The translations under genes and the position numbers were made by a program. A stretch of DNA of 64,000 nucleotides, from contig CAVNZM010000005.1 of NCBI GenBank assembly GCA_963693365.1, forward strand, positions 10,625,728-10,689,727. The letters are read 5' to 3'. This stretch comes from Amoebidium appalachense. Lineage: Eukaryota; Protista; Ichthyosporea. The notes beneath the pieces are model-generated. The model ran no database searches. It was not told the origin of the DNA and saw only the letters and a list, made by a program, of their open reading frames with translations. Within the stretch, counting starts at the first letter, position 1. The number at the start of each line of letters is the position of its first letter. Positions 1-64,000 of the stretch are shown here, in pieces.

Positions 1-321
1 GGGGGGGGGGGGGGGGGGGGGGGGGGAAGGGTTAGCCTGTGCATGTGCATGCCTTAGGAGGCAGTGGTGGTGCCGATGACGGCGGTGGTGGTTGTTATTT
101 CTTATTTCTTTTTGTTTGTTTGTTTTTCTTTGGGGTGGGGAAGCACGCTAATGTGTCCATCAAATTTCAATTGTGTTCAAAGTGTACGTCTATGTTTGTG
201 TCCGTTCTTGTATCTGTAAGGCTTCACGTGCGTATCCGTTTGTCGGTGTACATGTCTTGGGTGATGAGATAGCAGCAGATGTGCAAAACACCAATGGCTG
301 TTTGAACGGTATTACGGAGTA

Positions 322-405
<84 letters not shown>

Positions 406-589
406 CACGCACGCGCGCGCGTGTGTGTGTGTGTTTGTGTGTGTGCGTGTGCGTGTACTTCCTTCCTTGTGTGAGTGTGCGCGTGCGTGCGTGCATGTGT
501 GAGTGTGTTTGTGTATGAAATGTGTGTGTGTGTGTGTGTGCGCGCGTGTTTGTGTGTGTGTGGAAGAGGGGGGGGGGGGGGGGAAGCAC

Positions 590-20606
<20,017 letters not shown>

Positions 20607-21471
20607 GGTGGGCCACTCGCCAAAACCAGAGCTTGTTTTCAGAAAAGTGAAGCGAATGACTTGTTGGTTATCCCTTACCCTCGTCGTCGTCAAAAACAAC
20701 TGAATAAAAAATACAGAGGATTCCGACTGTCTAGTGTTTTGACATGCTGCAACGATGTTTACGAGCTGGCAAAGCTAAGGGCAGAAAGAGAACGGAGGTA
20801 ACTGAATACCACGTTGGACAGGCGCAACCGCGCAAAGAAGAGACGTTATAAGGCGAATTCTTATGTAGCTGTCTTAGGAGTGCCCCGAAAACCCCTGCTG
20901 CTGCCTGTCAAATACCCCAACAGGGCAGCCCAGACTACCTACGTCACAGAAAACCCAGCCTGTTTCACTTCCGCGCCAAAACAACCAACAAAAAGCCATT
21001 GAATGGCTTAATATCACGCACTAGGAGGCGTAAGATTGGCGCAAACCCTGTATGGATTAACCTTATATGGCTCTTTTAGTTAGTGGTGCAGTTTAAGCCA
21101 ATCAGCATCGTCTAATGACGTCACACTGACTGCGAGTCTGTGACACCGCATTTGCGCAAACGCGATACACTGACCACACGAAAGTCACACTTTGCCGCTT
21201 GAAAGGAGACTGACTGAACTTCGGGTGCACTTGAACATCGTTTGTAGAAAAATCCTTACACTTACTTTTGGATTTAGAGGTGCACATTCAATTAGCTCTT
21301 TCTGGGAGCCTACAACATGAAAATGGAAATACACATATAAGACCAGGATAGGCTGAAAGGCCTGGGTTCCCTTTTTTCCTGCTTGAGGGGGCCGGAAGAC
21401 CTTTTTTTGACTTTATAAATAGTGAAGAGTAGCTCATTTCCCCATTTTTTCCATCTTTTTTTGGGTCAACC
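20607..21471. promoter_or_regulatory. Putative bidirectional promoter and 5' UTRs shared by POLG and TMEM94
   Basis: 865 bp between divergent ATGs, free of microsatellites. It contains ATTGG at 21035-21039, CCAAT at 21098-21102 and a perfect CRE palindrome TGACGTCA at 21116-21123. Confidence 0.6.
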
Positions 21472-54422
<32,951 letters not shown>

Positions 54423-54527
54423 ATCGAGGTGTGACTCTGCAACTTTTTATTGTTCGGTTTTGTGTTGACGGGTTTTCTTTTTCCCTTTTTTTCTTTTCTT
54501 TGTTTCTTTTCTTTTCTTTTCTTTTCT

Positions 54528-54584
<57 letters not shown>

Positions 54585-55155
54585 GCCCCGTGGGGTGGGG
54601 AGGAAAGGGGGGGGGGGGGGGGGGGGGGATTGGTTATGAATGACGTGTTGGCCTCAGACGTTGCTGTGTTAAATGATGTGAGAACCTGCCAAATCATAAG
54701 CCTGGACTAAAGACTTGACTTGTCGTACTTGTATTACCGTGTAAATACAACGATGATGCTTGTGTGGAAACCCGGATGATGTACTATGTATCTAACTAAG
54801 AAGTGTTTGTGATGACAGTTGTCGAAATTTTCGAATGCTAACGGTGCAGAATTGGTGACGCATGGTTATCTGCTGAAGGATTGTGTAGTCAGTAGTCAGT
54901 ATGTTCAAAGTTCAATCGGCACACATCTTACTGTATGTAGATTTTGGTGCAAACATATACGTGAGAGTATGAATGATTGAGCAAAGATTCCTGTATGAGT
55001 GGGGACGGTGGAGAATCAAGAGATTTCCATCCCTGGGGCCCTGGTGCACGTGTCCAACTAACAGAGCACGGAAAAAAGAATAAAAAAATGGGTGTATTTT
55101 TGGATGTCGACTTGTCTCTTTCTGTGTGCCTTGTGTGTGTGTGTGTGTGTGTGCA

Positions 55156-55202
<47 letters not shown>

Positions 55203-56503
55203 ACCTGTTTGTGTGTCATAGACGGTTTGTCACTTAGAATTAAGGCTTTAGTGGGGAGGAAGCCGGAAGAGAGGAGGGGGAGGGGCTGAACGGGCGGAGC
55301 GTCCTGAAAAAAAACTAATTTGGGGGAGGGGAGGGGGGGGATCCCCTAAGACTACCTTTTGGGGTTTATGAGTTTTTGGATTCGATGATGCAACAAATAT
55401 TCGAGAACTTTTGAACATCATGGTTACATATAAAAAAAAAAACTGAAACAATCTATTAAATACGCGAGGCTTAAATTTTTAAATGTTTTCTCTACTGTAT
55501 TATAGCCATATACTACCATCTACAGTAAGCGTCTGCAAAATAAACTGACGATTTGGGAACTTTGGCAGGATACATTTCTCCTGCTGTACGTATATACGGA
55601 TACCACCCTAGTAGATAAGTCTGTATGGTGCTCTGATGTTGATATTGCCTGGGAAATTGTGCAGTTGCGCTGTAATTCTTGTTTTCATCGCCGCTGGTGC
55701 CACTTTTGTGCTGAACTTTTTAATCGCAAGCATGTTGATAGGTGTGAGTTCTTATGTCGCGTTTTACCTCTTTCCCTACGGGTGTCTGCTACACTAGCTG
55801 CTGGCAATGTGAACACTTTAGACTTTTTGTTGAATTCTGTTGGTCGTCACATTGAGTATTTATATGATTTTCACACAGTGTTCAGGTATCTCAGTATGCA
55901 CTTGTTACTGGATAACTCGTGAAGTTTTATTTTTTATTTTATTGTCTTCTCAGTATGCCGTGCATACTTGCATATCTTTCCGTCGAATAAATCCAGTCAA
56001 AAGAAGAAAAAAAAACTGACGATATAAATCGCTTATACTTTAGAGTATAGGGGGAGGAGCCGTGGTGTCCATCTAGCCAATAGGAAGAGACCATCGAAAC
56101 CTCGGGTGTATTTCCAAAACACAAACTCGGCGGCTACGCACTGCCACTGGTCACGGCGCGCAGTGTTATTTTTTCTCCGGAGTGACCTTAGTTTGTGCAT
56201 GCTGCCTTAGTAATCTCCGTTGAATGAAGTGCTTTCAGAATTGAAGATTGCGAGCGATAGCTATAAGGGAAAAGAGTTTGTACTTTTCTGGATATGCATA
56301 TACATTAAGGCACACATGTACACCCTTCCCATGAGTTCTCGCTCATTTTCCCTCGTCGTTCCCAGTTTCTGTTGCTCACACACGTGCTGTGCACACGTCC
56401 AGTACGCACATCATTTACCGGCGCATTCTACACTTTTTTTTTTTTCCTCGTCGACTTTCTGAAGTGAAGCCATGCCTTTTTCCCATAGCCAAGAACAACC
56501 AAC

Positions 56504-62835
<6,332 letters not shown>

Positions 62836-63770
62836 GTATTTACCCCCCTCTCCCGCCACTACACACACACACACACGTCCCCTTACCCACCTCACCATCT
62901 TTACAGGCACACACACACAAAAAAACACGTATCCGTGCGCGTACGCACAATTGCAAACCACTCCCGACCCCCCGTTTGATTTGTGCGGCAAGTGATCATT
63001 CGATGACAGTTGAGCGGAAGGGCTTTCTTTACTTTTCCTTTTTCTTTTTCTTTTTCTTTTTTTTTGGGGGGGGGGGGGGGGGTTCTTGGATTGAAATTTG
63101 GGGGTCACGGTGCAGGCACCCAGCAGCATGAAAGAGATGCTTGCTTCCTCAAGCTCCAACCTGGGGGTTCAAAAGGAGGTACGGGATTGGCCTCTTTCTT
63201 TAACAATACACCGCTTAAAGAACAGTGCTTTTTTATCACTAGACTAATGTTTTCGCACTCACCACAAGCCCTCCCCCCCCCCCCCCCCCCTCCCCTCCCC
63301 CTCCCCCTCCCCCTCCCACCCACTCACCCACCTACCCACCCATCCACCCGTCCTAAACCCCCAATGTTTCGTTGTCTTTTCTGTTTTTTGCAGCCATTTT
63401 CCCACCCCCCAAGCATACTGGAATACTCTGGGCCACCACCCCACCCCTTTTTGTCACATGTTGTTTTTTCTTTTTTTTAATTGTATTGATACAACTTTGC
63501 AGAGAATCTTTGTTAACTAACCTTTTGCCCCCCCCCCTCAAAAAAAAAAAAAAAAAACTGAAAAACAAAACCCCGAAAAAAAAAAGGAAAAAAATTAACG
63601 GTTGCACGTATCTCTTCGTTTTCCCATGCCTAGCAACACAGCGATACAAGAGGGGGGAGGGGGGAAGGGGGGGAGGGGGGGGGGGGGGGTCGCATCTTCT
63701 AACTTTGTTTGTTAGGGGTTTTGGTTTGTATTTATGTTTGTGACTCGGGGTGTAGGTGTAAGGGGGGGAA

Positions 63771-63806
<36 letters not shown>

Positions 63807-64000
63807 GGGGGGGGGGGGAGGGGGCGGAGGTAAAAGCGAGACAGGAGGGTGGGAAAGAAGTATCTACAGACCAAGCATCAATGATGATGGGAAGGGATGA
63901 TCACAAGGCGGGGGAGGGAGAGGGGGAGGGGGGAGGGGGGGGGGGGGGGGGGGTGGGGGGAGGGAGGGAGGGGGGAGGGGGGAGGGGGGAGGGGCAATAC

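Noticed and set aside
55600-55922. Small intergenic ORF (55659-55922) and an overlapping hydrophobic frame
   Set aside because: It has no ATG context, no recognisable domain and no convincing splice partners.

Overview
Eukaryotic, intron-dense window, probably from a unicellular opisthokont such as an ichthyosporean or related holozoan (inference only). Its introns are saturated with poly(C)/poly(G), (CA)n/(TG)n and (CT)n/(GA)n tracts, so almost all ORFs in the supplied track are microsatellite artefacts. Three real split genes can be assembled by hand. POLG (mitochondrial DNA polymerase gamma) is on the minus strand with 21 exons, and its 3' end was not found and probably lies off the left edge. 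TMEM94 is head-to-head with it on the plus strand, with about 37 exons, and is complete. The 5' part of WDR91 is on the plus strand and contains a U12-type AT-AC intron. The introns carry an RT-deleted Penelope-like retroelement with an N-terminal GIY-YIG domain, a related 451-bp non-autonomous family, and several MITEs. Main findings: (1) both Penelope-like families carry all hammerhead ribozyme core motifs, but in a swapped strand order that would need a pseudoknotted fold, supported by compensatory changes between the families; (2) weak 5' splice sites are followed by sense-strand poly(C) tracts while strong ones mostly are not; (3) three intronic duplicates of exon edges differ from the exon almost only at synonymous positions; (4) the POLG ExoII catalytic Asp is replaced by Glu.
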